DNA from: Eutreptiella sp. 'Long Island Sound 2002'
Lineage: Eukaryota; Protista; Euglenida
Assembly: GCA_964036045.1 (NCBI GenBank)
Contig: OZ038378.1
Location: 119,102,001-119,166,000 of the forward strand
Direction of reading: 5' to 3'
DNA: 64,000 nt
Shown here: positions 21,801 through 33,891 of the stretch, one piece after another
Layout: every line of letters begins with the position of its first letter
Position numbering within the stretch: position 1 is the first letter of the stretch
The notes under the pieces: model-generated
The model's database searches: none
What the model was told of the DNA's origin: nothing
What the model saw: the letters and a program-made list of their open reading frames with translations, nothing else
Position numbers and translations under genes: made by a program

Positions 21801-24800
21801 CCCCTGAAACCGCCGTGGGGCTGGGCCCCTGAAGTCGCCGTGGGGCTGGGCCCTTAAATCGACACGGGCTGGGCCCCTGAAATCGCCGTGGGCCTGGGCC
21901 CCCGGTGTTCCGCATGGGGCTAGGCCGGTGAAGTCGCCGTGGGGCTTGGCCCATGAAATCGCCATTGGACTTGGGCCCCCGGTATTCGCCGTGGGGTTGG
22001 GCCCCAAAAATCGCCCCGAGGCCTGGCCCGTGAAGTCACCATGGGGCTAGGCCCCTGAAAACGACAATGGGCCGGGCCCCTGAAAACGCCGTGGGAGGGG
22101 GCCCCTGAAATCCCAAGGGGGCTGGGCCCTGAAGTCGCCGTGGGGCTGGGCCCCTGAAATCGCCATGGGGCTAGGCTTCTGAAGTCGCTCTGGTGCTGGG
22201 CCCCTGAATTGGACACGGGGCTGGGCCCTTGAAATCGCCGTGGGGCTGGGCCCCCGGTGTTTGGCATGGGGTTGGGCCCCCGGTAATCGGCATGAGGCGG
22301 GGCCCCTGAAATCATTGTGGGGCTAGGCCGCTGAAGTCGCCGTGGTGCTTGGCCCCTGAAATCGCCGTGGGGCTTGGCCCATGAAATCGCCATGGGGCTC
22401 GGCCCCTGTTATTCGCCATGGGGTTGGGCCCCAGAAATCGCCGTGAGGCTGAGCCCCTGAAATCACCGTGGGGTTGGGCCCCTGAAATCCACACGGGGAT
22501 GGGCCCTTAAATTAGCGGGGGGGCTGGGCCCCCGGTATTCGGAATGGGGCTGGGCCCCTGAAATCATTGTGGGGCTAGGCCGCTGAAGTCGCCGTGGGGC
22601 TGGGGCCCTAAAGTCGCCGTGGGGCTTGGCCCATTAAATCGCCATGGGGCTGGGCCCCCGGTATTCGCTGTGGGGCTGGGCCCCAAAAATGGCCGTGAGG
22701 CTGGGCCCTTGAAATCGCCGTGGGGCTGGGCCCCTGAAATCGACACGGGGCTAGGCCCCTGAAATCGCCGTGGGAGGGGGACCCTCAAATACCCACGGGG
22801 CTTGGCCCTGAAGTCGCCATGGGGCTGGGCTCTTGCAATGAACACGGGGCTCGGCCCCTGAAATCGCCGTGGGGATGTGCCCCCGGTATTTGCCGTGGGA
22901 CTGGGCCCTTGAAATTGCCGCGGGGCTGGGCCCTTGCATTCGCTTTGGGGCTTGGGCCATGATATCGCCATGGGGCTGGGCCCCCGGTATTCAATGTGGG
23001 GCTAGGCCCCTAAAATCGCCGTGGGGTTGGGCCCCTAAAGTAGCTGTGGGGTTGGGCCCCTGAAATCGCCGTGGGGCTGGGCGCCCGCAAACGCAGCAGT
23101 GTTCGGTCCCGGAATGCGCCGTGGGGCTGGGCCCGTGAAATCCCCGTGGGGCTTGGCCCTGAAGTTGCTGTGGGGCTGGGCCCCTGAAATCGCCGTGGGG
23201 CTAGGCGCCTGGAAACGCCGCAGCGCTTGGTCCTGGATTGCGCCGTGGGGCTGGGCCCCCGGTATTCGCCGTGGGGCTGGGCCCTTAAAATCCTCCTGGG
23301 CCTGGGCCGCTGAATTCGCTGTGGGGCTGGGCCCCTAAAATCGGCGTGGGGCTTCGCACCTGAAATCGCCCTGGGGCTGGGCACCCAGAAAAGACGTAGG
23401 GCTCGGTCCCGGAATGCGCCGCGGGGCTTGGCCCCTAAAATCGCCGTGGGGCTGGGTCCCGGGATGTGCCGTGGGGCTGGGCCCCTGAAAACCCTGCGGG
23501 GCTGGGGCCGCTGAAGCCGCCGTGGGGCTGGGCCCTTGAAATCGCCTTGGGGCTGGGCCCCCAGAAATGCCGTGGGGCCGTGCCCCTAAAGTCGCAGTGG
23601 GGTTGGGCCCCTGAAAACCCTGCAGGGTTGGGCCCCTGAAGTCGCGGTGGGGCCGGGCCTCTGAAATCGCTGTGGGGTTGGGCCCCCAGAAACGCCGTGG
23701 GCCCAGTCCCTAAAAACGCCGTTGTGTTGGGCCCTTGAAATCGCCGTGGGGCTGGCCCCTGAAATCGCCGTGGGGCTGGGCCCCCGGAAACGCCTCATGG
23801 CTCGGTCCCGGAATGCGCCGTGGGGCTTGGCACCTAAAATCGCCGTGGGGCCGGGCCCCCAGAAACGCCTCAGGGCTGGGTCCGGGAATGCGCCGTGGGG
23901 CTTGGCCCCTGAAATCGCCGTGGGGTTGGGCCCCGGAATGCGCCGTGGGGCCGGGCCCCTGAAAACCCTGCGAGACTAGCCCGTGAAGTCGCCGTGGTGC
24001 TAGGCCCGTAAAATCGCCGTGTGACTGGGCCCCCGTAAACGCCGTGGGGCCGGGCCCCTAAAGTCGCACTGTGGCTGGGCCCCTGAAAACGCCCTGGGGC
24101 TGGACCCCGGAAATGCCGTAGGGCTCGGTTCCGGAATGTGCCATGGGGCTTGGCCCTTGAGATCGCCGTGGGGCTGGGCCCCGGAATGCGCCGTGGGGCC
24201 GGGCCCGTGTGTCACCGTGGGGCTGGCCCCCCGGAAACGCCGCAGGGCTCCGGCCTGGAATGCGTTGTGGGGCTTGGCGCCCTAAATCGCCATGGGGCTG
24301 GGTCCCGGAATGCGCCGTGGGGCTGGTCCCTTGAAATCGCCGTGGGGCTGGCCCCCCGGAAACGCCGTAGGGCTCGGTCCCGGAATGCGCCGTGGCGCTT
24401 GGCCCTTGAAATCGCCGTGGGGCTGGGTCCCGCAATGCACCGTGGGGCTGAGCCCCTAAAAAAAATGCGGGGGTGGGCCCCTGAAGTCACCGCGGGGTTG
24501 GGCCCGTGAAATCGCTGTGGGGCTGGACCCCGGAAACGCCGAGGGGCCGGGCCCCTGAAGTCGCCGTGGGGCTGGGTCCCGGAATGCTCCGTGGGGCTTG
24601 GTCCCTGAAATCGCCGTGGTGCTGGGCCCCCGGAAACTCCGTACAGCTCGGTCCCGGAATGCGCTGTGGGGCTTAGACCCTGAAATCGCCGTGGGGCTGG
24701 GTCCCCGAATGCGCCGTGGGGCTACGCCCCTGAAAACCGTGCAGGGTTAAGCCCCTGAAGTTGACGTGAGGCTAGGCCCCTGAAATCGACACGGGGCTGG

Positions 24801-25102
24801 CACGTAAAATCCTTGCGGAGCTAGCCCCTTGAAATTGCTGTGGGGCAGGGCCCCCAGAAACGCCGTGGGGCCGGGCCCCTGAAGTCCCCGTGGGGCTGGG
24901 TCCTAAAATCGCCGTGGGACTGGGCCCCGGTATTCGCCGTGGGGCTGGGCCCCTGAAACCGCCGCGGGGCTAGGCCCCTAAAATCGCCGTGGGGCTGGGC
25001 CCCGGAATTCGCCTTGGGGCCAGGCCCGAAGTCGCCGTGGGGCTGGGCCCGTGATATCGCTGCAGGGCTGGGCCCCTAAAATCGCCGCGGGGCTGGGCCC
25101 CA
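15860..25102 (+). repeat. Satellite B: ~25-bp GC-rich tandem array (~370 units), consensus GCCGTGGGGCTGGGCCCCTGAAATC
   Basis: GGGGCTGGGCCCC recurs every 24-26 bp (perfect run at 17870-17945). Sub-families differ in the last ~10 bp (gaagtc, ggtattc, gaaatcgacac, ggaatgc). Confidence 0.97.
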
Positions 25103-25103
25103 T

Positions 25104-25290
25104 GGGGCGTCCCTATGCCACAAGCGGCCCAAGCAGGACCGGAGGGACTCCGGTGTATCCGCCGCTGTGTGGGAACGGCTAGACCTCGTGTCTCCTCGTA
25201 CTCCCACGGGGCGCCCCTATCCCCCATGCGGCCCAGGCAGGACCGGAGGGACTCGGGTGTATCCAGCGTAGTGTGGGGGGACGGAGAGGC
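25104..25290 (+). repeat. Two-copy ~104-bp direct repeat at the end of satellite B
   Basis: ggggcg(t/c)ccctat...gcaggaccggagggactc(c/g)ggtgtatcc at 25104/25208; gcaggacc at 25133/25237 (offset 104). Confidence 0.8.
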
Positions 25291-25345
25291 CCCAAAAACG
25301 GAGGCCCCCTCGCCCATGCGGCCGGGGCCTCAATGGTCCCAAAAC
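25286..25345 (+). repeat. Orphan satellite-A unit
   Basis: ggaggccccctcgcccatgcggccggggcctcaatggtcccaaaacgg matches the A variant carrying cctcaatggtcccaaaacgg. Confidence 0.85.
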
Positions 25346-25354
25346 GGCCTGGAC

Positions 25355-26010
25355 AGCCTCCCCTTCTTTCCCAGTACCGGCGGGCACTGGGTGGGGATGG
25401 CGCCCCCCCCGCGGAAAAAGACCCATTTCCTAGGGGACCTCCCCTTCTATCACGGACTGTCCCAATTTCCAAAATTTGCAAAGGGCACTGGGGGGGATGA
25501 TGCCCCCCGCGGACCCGGACATGTGGCGTGGGGGGCCTCTTCTTCTTTCATGGAGAGCCCAACTGCCTCATCCGTGGAGCGCGGGGTAGGTGCCATTGTC
25601 TCGGCGCAGTGAGCACTGTAGCGGTGGACTCTGGCCCTTTCCCCGGCTGCGGCGCCGGCGCCCAGTGAAAGAGACCCGTGGTCTCTCACGGACAAATTTC
25701 CGTGGCCTGGGGGGCCTCCCCTTCTTTCACGATTTCCCAAACTGCCTTTATCACAATGCCTTTATCACAAGGGCACTAGGGGGGATGGCGACCCCCCGCG
25801 GACCTGGACCCGTGACTTGGGGGACCTCCCCTTCTTTCACGGAGGACTGAACGCCCGCGTGTGGCCCTAGCCCCCCTGGTGCGTCCCCGCGCCTCCCCGG
25901 GCGAAGGGCGTAGAGACACCCCCCAGGAGCCACCAGCCGGGTCCTAGACCACACGCAAAATCAAACATTCCGCCGCGCGGTATCTCGGCCGGGGGACCTC
26001 CCCTTATTCC
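25355..26010 (+). repeat. Degenerate ~100-bp repeats
   Basis: gggg(a/g)cctccccttctttcac-like motif near 25355, 25432, 25526, 25710, 25819 and 25991; gggcact(g/a)ggggg..atg..ccccccgcgga near 25382, 25484 and 25771. Confidence 0.65.
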
Positions 26011-29000
26011 AAAGTCTCCGAACTCCTGGCCCAACCGGGCACCAGGGTGGCCATGGTGGCCCCCATGTCGCCGCACTCGGTCCCCATCCCATGATGCACC
26101 TGTGCAAAAACACGCGGTGTGTATGGGCTTGGGGGGGGGGGGGGGGAGCAATCGCAAGCCCTGGGGTGGGCTGGGCCACAGGGAGACCCGGAGAACCCTC
26201 GCAAACCGCACCCCCCGGTGGCCGGCGAGGGGTGAGCACGCGATCTCGCGACCCAGCCGCCGCGGCTGGACTGGGTCGCCCCCCAGATTGCGTGTTAGCC
26301 CAGGGGAACCCCCCCCCCTGGTTACACCCCTACACCAAGGTGAGGTCACGCGCCCCTGGGCGGCCGTGGAGGTACAACGTACTGCAGCCTGTCTGCACTG
26401 GAGGGGAAACGAAATCCTTTGACATGGTAAAAGTGAGCAAGGCATAGCTTTGCTTATCCATAACAAGCAGGACAAAAATGTGCAGGAAAACTTTGCACAG
26501 AATTTGTTCAACATGAAGTCTACCCTGCCTAATACACCCCCTTCCCCCAGGAAGAAGAAGAAGTAGTGTTTAGGATCGCTAAAAGTTCAACAGACATGAA
26601 AAAACGTTAGCCATCTAGGGTGTGTGAGGTCTCGAGGGAAAGACCTCTGAAGGTTTGAACCAAGCCATGCATGCACACATAAAAGCCAACTGAAATGCTT
26701 CACTGCACCACCTCTGTTGTGAGACCAGAAAAGACCAAACATAACAAAACAGCGAAACACACCCCCAGTAAATGCACAGGTCAAACTTGAGTCTATGTGT
26801 CAGCAAACTTCAGATTCCAATTAAATTGTCTAGAGCACGTCACATACTCGTCTCTTGAGAAGCTCGGAGCTTCACGTGGGGGCCTGTCTTCCCGCAGTGG
26901 GGGAGCACGGTCCTCAATGACACCGGTTCCCATAGCCTCTCTTCCTGATGACCAACTTTCACCACTATCCCCTCCAAAGCCACGGCGTTCATTGCGGCCT
27001 CCGCCATACCCAACCCTGCAATGAGCACAATAGCAGGAAATTGGTAGAGCGGTGCAGGTGTGCGTGCAAGAGTTCAGACAATCAATGGAACATCATCAAC
27101 CAAATGCCTGCACAAGCTGGTGTTGGGAGGCTGAGCAACCTGAGTTCAAACAGCAGAAAAATAAATCCAGATTGTGTGTCTCAGGTTATGAGCCCCCCCC
27201 CCCCCCAACAGCTGAAAGAGGCCGAAGGCCCCCTGGGGGGGGGGGGGGGTAGCCAAAGATACAAACTGCCACAGCAAAGTTCTTTTTGCATTCAAGGAAG
27301 GCAAGGAACTTTGTGCCATTGGAAGATTTGATAACAAAAGGTGAGTATGCAATGGGAAAGGGTCAGGTTTTCGTTGCAGAATAGGCAAATATGACGTGAT
27401 GATGGGATCAAAGTGAAGCGAAAACCAAATGGCAATGTGCTGCAACATGCTGCAACATACAGAATTAAATTCAACTTGCAGAGGTTGTTAAATGAAAAAC
27501 CTACGGGTCAACGCACATGGAAAACACCACATACCTCCACTTTTTTTGGCCCAAGGGATCAAACTCAGGGAAGCTGGCATAGAAGGTATCCATCGATACA
27601 ATCCATGATTTTCAGTGGGATTTTGACCCAGGGCATGTTCAATTTGTCAGTGGGTATAGCATTCTGTGGTCCTCGGGCTTTAGTGATATTTTTTTCAATG
27701 AGGGCCAATGGTGCCCGAAATGGTTTCAGGCTCAAATGGACCCTGTGATGTCAGGGCTGATGCCTCGGCTTGCTTGGCCGGATTGAAGGGGTCCCCAAAA
27801 AATTGTTCCTCTCCACTGTAGCCGTTTTGAATGCTCCTCATTTTGGAGACTGCCATATGCTGGGAATGGCAGCCAGTTGGAATGCTATCTACTTGTCCTA
27901 ACCTAGAGATTGTCAGTTGCGTGGCCACTCTGCTCCTCTCCGCTTTTGGAGACGGTGCTACAATAGCAGATTTGTAGCCACTTTGTTTGATTTGGGGATT
28001 TTGGGGCACGTAACGGTGCACAGATTTCATCAACCGGTGATGATATTGAACATTATGGTGTACGATTTAAATAAAATGAGGATAGTATCACGCGTCATAG
28101 TGAACTGTTTTCATCCAATTTGAACCATCATGGAGTGGCATTTGATTAATTGAGGTTGGTAGTAGACCTCAAAGACTAACGACTTTCTTTGTCGAGGGCA
28201 TTAGTCTTGGGAGGGGGGGGGGGGGATGTGCACAAGGTGGGAGGTGACAAGGGGTGTTGACATACTTCATAGCTTTCACTAGTATTTGAAATGGCTTAGA
28301 TGCTCACAAGCACCTTCAAGTTCCTGATCGGGAAACATTTTCTGGTTTCATGCACCAGTAATTTTTCAAAATGGTGGTCTACTTGGAAAACATAAGTAGC
28401 GGTCCTTTCCGTTGGGCCGTGAACCATTGTGTCCTCCCAGAGGTGAGCTGCTGAGCAACTAAAGGTGTTACGGAAGAGTTGGGAGGCGCCGTACGACATG
28501 ACCAAACATTCAAGAAAAAAGGTGTCTCAATTCCAACATGTAGTCCTCACAACCATGGTCCCTTCGGCGTCATATGGTCACTTTTGCCTTGGATTCACGC
28601 ATGTTTTCCGAGAAGTGAGTTGCGCTCCTTTGCATTGGGCCATGAACCATTGTGTCGTCCCCCCAGGGAGCTCCTGGGCAAGCAAACGTAATTCCGGAAA
28701 GGTTGTGAGGGGCCGCATGACATGCAAAAGCTTTTCAACACCAATGGTGTCCAGAGTTCAGACATGTAGGCCTCACAACATTGGTCCCTCCGGCCTCATA
28801 TTGACATTTTTGCGGTAGTTGTCACATGCTATTTTGGAATTGTAGGGCGTAGGGGACCCCCCACCGGGTAGGGGTTCTATAGCTAATGCCCCCATTTGTC
28901 GGCCACTTTTGACCTTCTCCCTCAATGTGAGGTGTTGGGGACCCACTAACAACGGGTGTAATGTAGCAGGGAAAAATGAGTTGGGGTCCTTTCCATTGAG

Positions 29001-30287
29001 CCGCGGACCATTTTGTTCTCGGAATGGTGCACTGCTAGGCAAGCAAACGTGTTACGGAAAGGGTGTGAGGCGCCTCACGACATGCACAAAGATTCGAGAA
29101 AAAAGGTGTCTCAATTCAAAGATGTAGTCCTCACAACATTGGTTTGTCCGGCTTCATATTGTCATTTTTCCCAGTTTACATTGTTTCCCGTGAAAAAATT
29201 CGCTGCCTCCCTTCCATTGGGCCGTGAACCATTGTGTCCTCCTACGGGTGAGCTAATGAGCAAACAAGTGTGTTCCGCAAAGTGTGAGAGGTGCCGCATG
29301 ACATGCAAAGCGTTTCAACACCAACGGTGTCCCCACTGCAGAGATGTAGTCCTCACAAAATTGGTCCCTCTGGCTTCATATTGTCGTTTTTCCCCTGTGT
29401 TCATTTGTTATTTTTGGAATTGTAGGGTGTAGGGGACCCCCCACGGGTTAAGGGTTATATAGCTAATGCCCCCATTTGTGGGCCACTTGTGATGTTCTCC
29501 CTCGATGTGAGGCGTTGGGAACCCCCTAACAACAAGTGTAATGTAGCAAGGAAAAATGAGTTGGGGTCCTTTCCATTGAGCCATGAACCATTGTGTCGTG
29601 CCCCCTTTGAGCTGCTAGGCAAGCAAACGTGTTACGGGAAGGTTGGGAGGTCATGCAAAAGGGTTCAAGAAAAATGTTGTCTCAGTTCAAAGATGTAGTC
29701 CTCACAACAATGGTCCCTCCGGCTTCAAATTGCCATTTTTGCCCAGTTTTCATTTGTTTTCCGTGGAAAAATTTGTTTCGTCCCTCCCGTTGGACCGTGA
29801 ACCATTGTGTCCTCCAAGAGGTGAGCTAGTGAGCAAACAAATGTGTTCCGCAAAGTGTGAGAGGTGCCGCATGACATGCAAAAGCTTTTCAACACCAACG
29901 GCATCCCCACTCCGGAGATGTAGTCCTCACAACATTGGTCCCCCTGGCTTCATAGTGTCATTTTTGCGGTATGTCTCACTTGTTTTTTCGGAATTGTAAA
30001 ACGAAGGGGACCTTCCATTGGGTAGGGGTTATATAGCTACTGCCCCCATTTGTGGGCCCCTTTTGATGTTCTCCCGCAATGTGAGGTGTTGGGGACCCAC
30101 TAAGAGCAAGGGTAATGTTGCAAAAAAAAATGAGCTGCGGTCCTTTCCGTTGGGCCTTGAACCATTGTACCCTCCCCCCGGTGAGTTGCTAAGCAAACAA
30201 ACGTGTTACGGAAAGGGTGTGAGGCGCCTCACGACATGCAAAAAGAAACAAAGTGTCTCAAATCAGAGATGTAGTCCTCACCATAAT

Positions 30288-31427
30288 GTTCCCAACGCCT
30301 CACATCGAGGGAGAACATCACAAGTGGCCCACAAATGGGGGCATTAGCTATATAACCCTTAACCCGTGGGGGGTCCCCTACACCCTACAATTCCAAAAAT
30401 AACAAATGAACACAAGGGAAAAATGACAATATGAAGCCAGAGGGACCAATTTTGTGAGGACTACATCTCTGCAGTGGGGACACCGTTGGTGTTGAAACGC
30501 TTTGCATGTCATGCGGCACCTCTCACACTCTGCGGAACACACTTGTTTGCTCATCAGCTCACCTCTAGGAGGACACAATGGTTCACGGCCCAATGGAAGG
30601 GAGGCTGCGAATTTTTCCACAAAAATAAAATAATGACTTGGCAAAAATGACAATATGAAGGCCGGGGGAACATTATGGTGAGGACTACATCTTTGAATTG
30701 AGACACTTTGTTTCCTTTTGCATGTCGTGAGGCACCTCACACCCTTTCCGTAACACGTTTATTTGCTTAGCAACTCACCGGGGGGAGGATACAATGGTTC
30801 AAGGCCCAACGGAAAGGACCGCGGCTCATTTTTTTTGCAACATTACCCTTGCTCTTAGTGGGTCCCCAACACCTCACATTGCGGGAGAACATCAAAAGGG
30901 GCCCACAAATGGGGGCAGTAGCTATATAACCCCTACCCAATGGAAGGTCCCCTTCGTTTTACAATTCCGAAAAAACAAGTGAGACATACCGCAAAAATGA
31001 CACTATGAAGCCAGGGGGACCAATGTTGTGAGGACTACATCTCCGGAGTGGGGATGCCGTTGGTGTTGAAAAGCTTTTGCATGTCATGCGGCACCTCTCA
31101 CACTTTGCGGAACACATTTGTTTGCTCACTAGCCCACCTGTGAGAGGACACAATGGTTCACGGTCCAACGGGAGGGACGAAACAAATTTTTCCATGAAAA
31201 ACAAATGAGAACTGGGCAAAAATGACAATCCGAAGCCGGAGGGACCATTGTTGTGAGGACTACATCTTTGAAATGAGACAACATTTTTCTTGAACTCTTT
31301 TGCATGACCTCCCAACCTTCCCGTAACACGTTTGCTTGCCTAGCAGCTCAAAGGGGGGACGACACAATTGCTCAATGGAAAGGATCCCAACTCATTTTTC
31401 CTTGCTACATTACACTTGTTAGGGGTT
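30288..31427 (-). repeat. Inverted block 1 of satellite C (~1140 bp, one HOR length)
   Basis: Reverse-complement motifs (gtgaggactacatct, agctatataaccc) between junctions ccataatgttccc|aacgcctcac and ttaggggtt|aatggtccccc. Confidence 0.9.
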
Positions 31428-32386
31428 AATGGTCCCCCGGCCTTCATATTGCCATTTTTGCCCAGTTCTCATTTCCTTTTTCTGGATGAATTCGCTGCTT
31501 CCCTTCCATTGGGCCGTGAACCATTGTGTCCTCCCATAGGTGGGCTAGTGAGCAAACCAATGTGTTCCGCAAAGTGTGAGAGGTGCCGCATGACATGCAA
31601 AAGCTTTTCAACTCCAACGGCGTCCCCACTCCGGAGATGTAGTCCTCACAACATTGGTCCCCCTGGCTTCATAGTGTCATTTTTGCGGTATGTCTCACTT
31701 GTTTTTTCGGAATTGTAAAACGAAGGGGACCTTCCATTGGGTAGGGGTTATATAGCTACTGCCCCCATTTGTGGGCCCCTTTTGATGTTCTCCCGCAATG
31801 TGAGGTGTTGGGGACCCACTAAGAGCAAGGGTAATGTTGCAAAAAAAAAAATGAGCTGCGGTCCTTTCCGTTGGGCCTTGAACCATTGTATCCTCCCCCC
31901 GGTGAGTTGCTAAGCAAACAAACGTGTTACGGAAAGGGTGTGAGGTGCCTCACGACATGCAAAAGGAAACAAAGTGTCTCAATTCAGAGATGTAGTCCTC
32001 GCCATAATGTTCCCCCCGCCTTCATATTGTCATTTTTGCCAAGTTATCATTTCTTTTTTGTGGAAAAATTTGCTGCCTCCCTTCCATTGGGCCGTGAACC
32101 ATTGTGTCCTCCTAGAGGTGAGCTGATGAGCAAACAAGTGTGTTCCGCAAAGTGTGAGAGGTGCCGCATGACATGCAAAGCGTTTCAACACCAACGGTGT
32201 CCCCACTGCAGAGATGTAGTCCTCACAAAATTGGTCCCTCTGGCTTCATATTGTCATTTTTCCCTTGTGTTCATTTGTTATTTTTGGAATTGTAGGGTGT
32301 AGGGGACCCCCCACGGGGTAAGGGTTATATAGCTAATGCCCCCATTTGTGGGCCACTTGTGATGTTCTCCCTCGATGTGAGGCGTT

Positions 32387-33147
32387 GGGAACATTATGGT
32401 GAGGACTACATCTCTGAATTGAGACACTTTGTTTCTTTTTGCATGTCGTGAGGCACCTCACACCCTTTCCGTAACACGTTTGTTTGCTTAGCAACTCACC
32501 GGGGGAGGATACAATGGTTCAAGGCCCAACGGAAAGGACCGCAGCTCATTTTTTCTGCAACATTACCCTTGCTCTTAGTGGGTCCCCAACACCTCACATT
32601 GCGGGAGAACATCAAAAGGGGCCCACAAATGGGGGCAGTAGCTATATAACCCCTACCCAATGGAAGGTCCCCTTCGTTTTACAATTCCGAAAAAACAAGT
32701 GAGACATACCGCAAAAATGACACTATGAAGCCAGGGGGACCAATGTTGTGAGGACTACATCTCCGGAGTGGGGACGCCGTTGGAGTTGCAAAGCTTTTGC
32801 ATGTCATGCGGCACCTCTCACACTTTGCGGAACACATTTGTTTGCTCACTAGCCCACCTGTGGGAGGACAAGGTGGTTCACCGTCCAACGGGAGGGACGA
32901 AACAAATTTTTCCACGAAAAACAAATGAGACCTGGGCAAAAATGGCAATCTAAACCCGGAGGGACCATTGTTGTGAGGACTACATCTTTGAAATGAGACA
33001 ACATTTTTCTTGAACTCTTTTGCATGACCTCCCAACCTTCCCGTAACACGTTTGCTTGCCTAGCAGCTCAAAGGGGGGACGACACAATTGCTCAATGGAA
33101 AGGATCCCAACTCATTTTTCCTTGCTACATTACACTTGTTAGGGGTT
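32387..33147 (-). repeat. Inverted block 2 of satellite C
   Basis: Starts at gtgaggcgttgggaac|attatggtgag (reverse complement of the 30288 junction) and ends at ttaggggtt|aatggtccccc. Confidence 0.9.
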
Positions 33148-33891
33148 AATGGTCCCCCGGCCTTCATATTGCCATTTTTGCCCAGTTCTCATTTCCTTTT
33201 TGTGGAAAAATTCGCTGCTTCCCTTCCATTGGGCCGTGAACCATAGTGTCCTCCCATAGGTGGGCCAGTGAGCAAACCAATGTGTTCCGCAAAGTGTGAG
33301 AGGTGCCGCATGACATGCAAAAGCTTTTCAATTCCAACGGCATCCCCACTCCGGAGATGTAGTCCTCACAACATTGGTCCCCCTGGCTTCATAGTGTCAT
33401 TTTTGCGGTATGTCTCACTTGTTTTTTCGGAATTGTAAAACGAAGGGGACCTTCCATTGGGTAGGGGTTATATAGCTACTGCCCCCATTTGTGGGCCCCT
33501 TTTGATGTTCTCCCGCAATTTAAGGTGTTGGGGACCCACTAAGAGCAAGGGTAATGTTGCAAAAAAAATGTGTTGCGGTCCTTTCCGTTGGGCCTTGAAC
33601 CATTGTATCCTCCCCCCGGTGAGTTGCTAAGCAAACAAACGTGTTACGGAAAGGGTGTGAGGTGCCTCACGACATGCAAAAGGAAACAAAGTGTCTCAAT
33701 TCAAAGATGTAGTCCTCACCATAATGGTCCCCCCGCCTTCATATTGTCATTTTTGCCAAGTTATCATTTCTTTTTTGTGGAAAAATTTGCTACCTCCCTT
33801 CCATTGGGCCGTGAACCATTGTGTCCTCCTAGAGGTGAGCTGATGAGCAAACAAGTGTGTTCCGCAAAGTGTGAGAGGTGCCGCATGACAT

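Noticed and set aside
16000-25100. CCCTAAA plant-telomere heptamers in satellite B
   Set aside because: They are isolated G->A variants of CCCTGAAA within the 25-bp unit and never occur in tandem.
27480-28123. Possible decayed plus-strand ORF (HFFWPKGSNSGKLA*KVSIDTIHDFQWDFDPGHVQF...; HFGDCHMLGMAASWNAIYLS*PRDCQLRGH...)
   Set aside because: It looks protein-like but needs stops and a frameshift to join, and I recognise no motif; too weak to call without a homology search.
4240-28400. 45S rDNA intergenic spacer or rDNA unit
   Set aside because: GC-rich subrepeats and a TATATA-GGG-like motif are suggestive, but I found no 18S, 5.8S, 25S or 5S sequence anywhere in the window.
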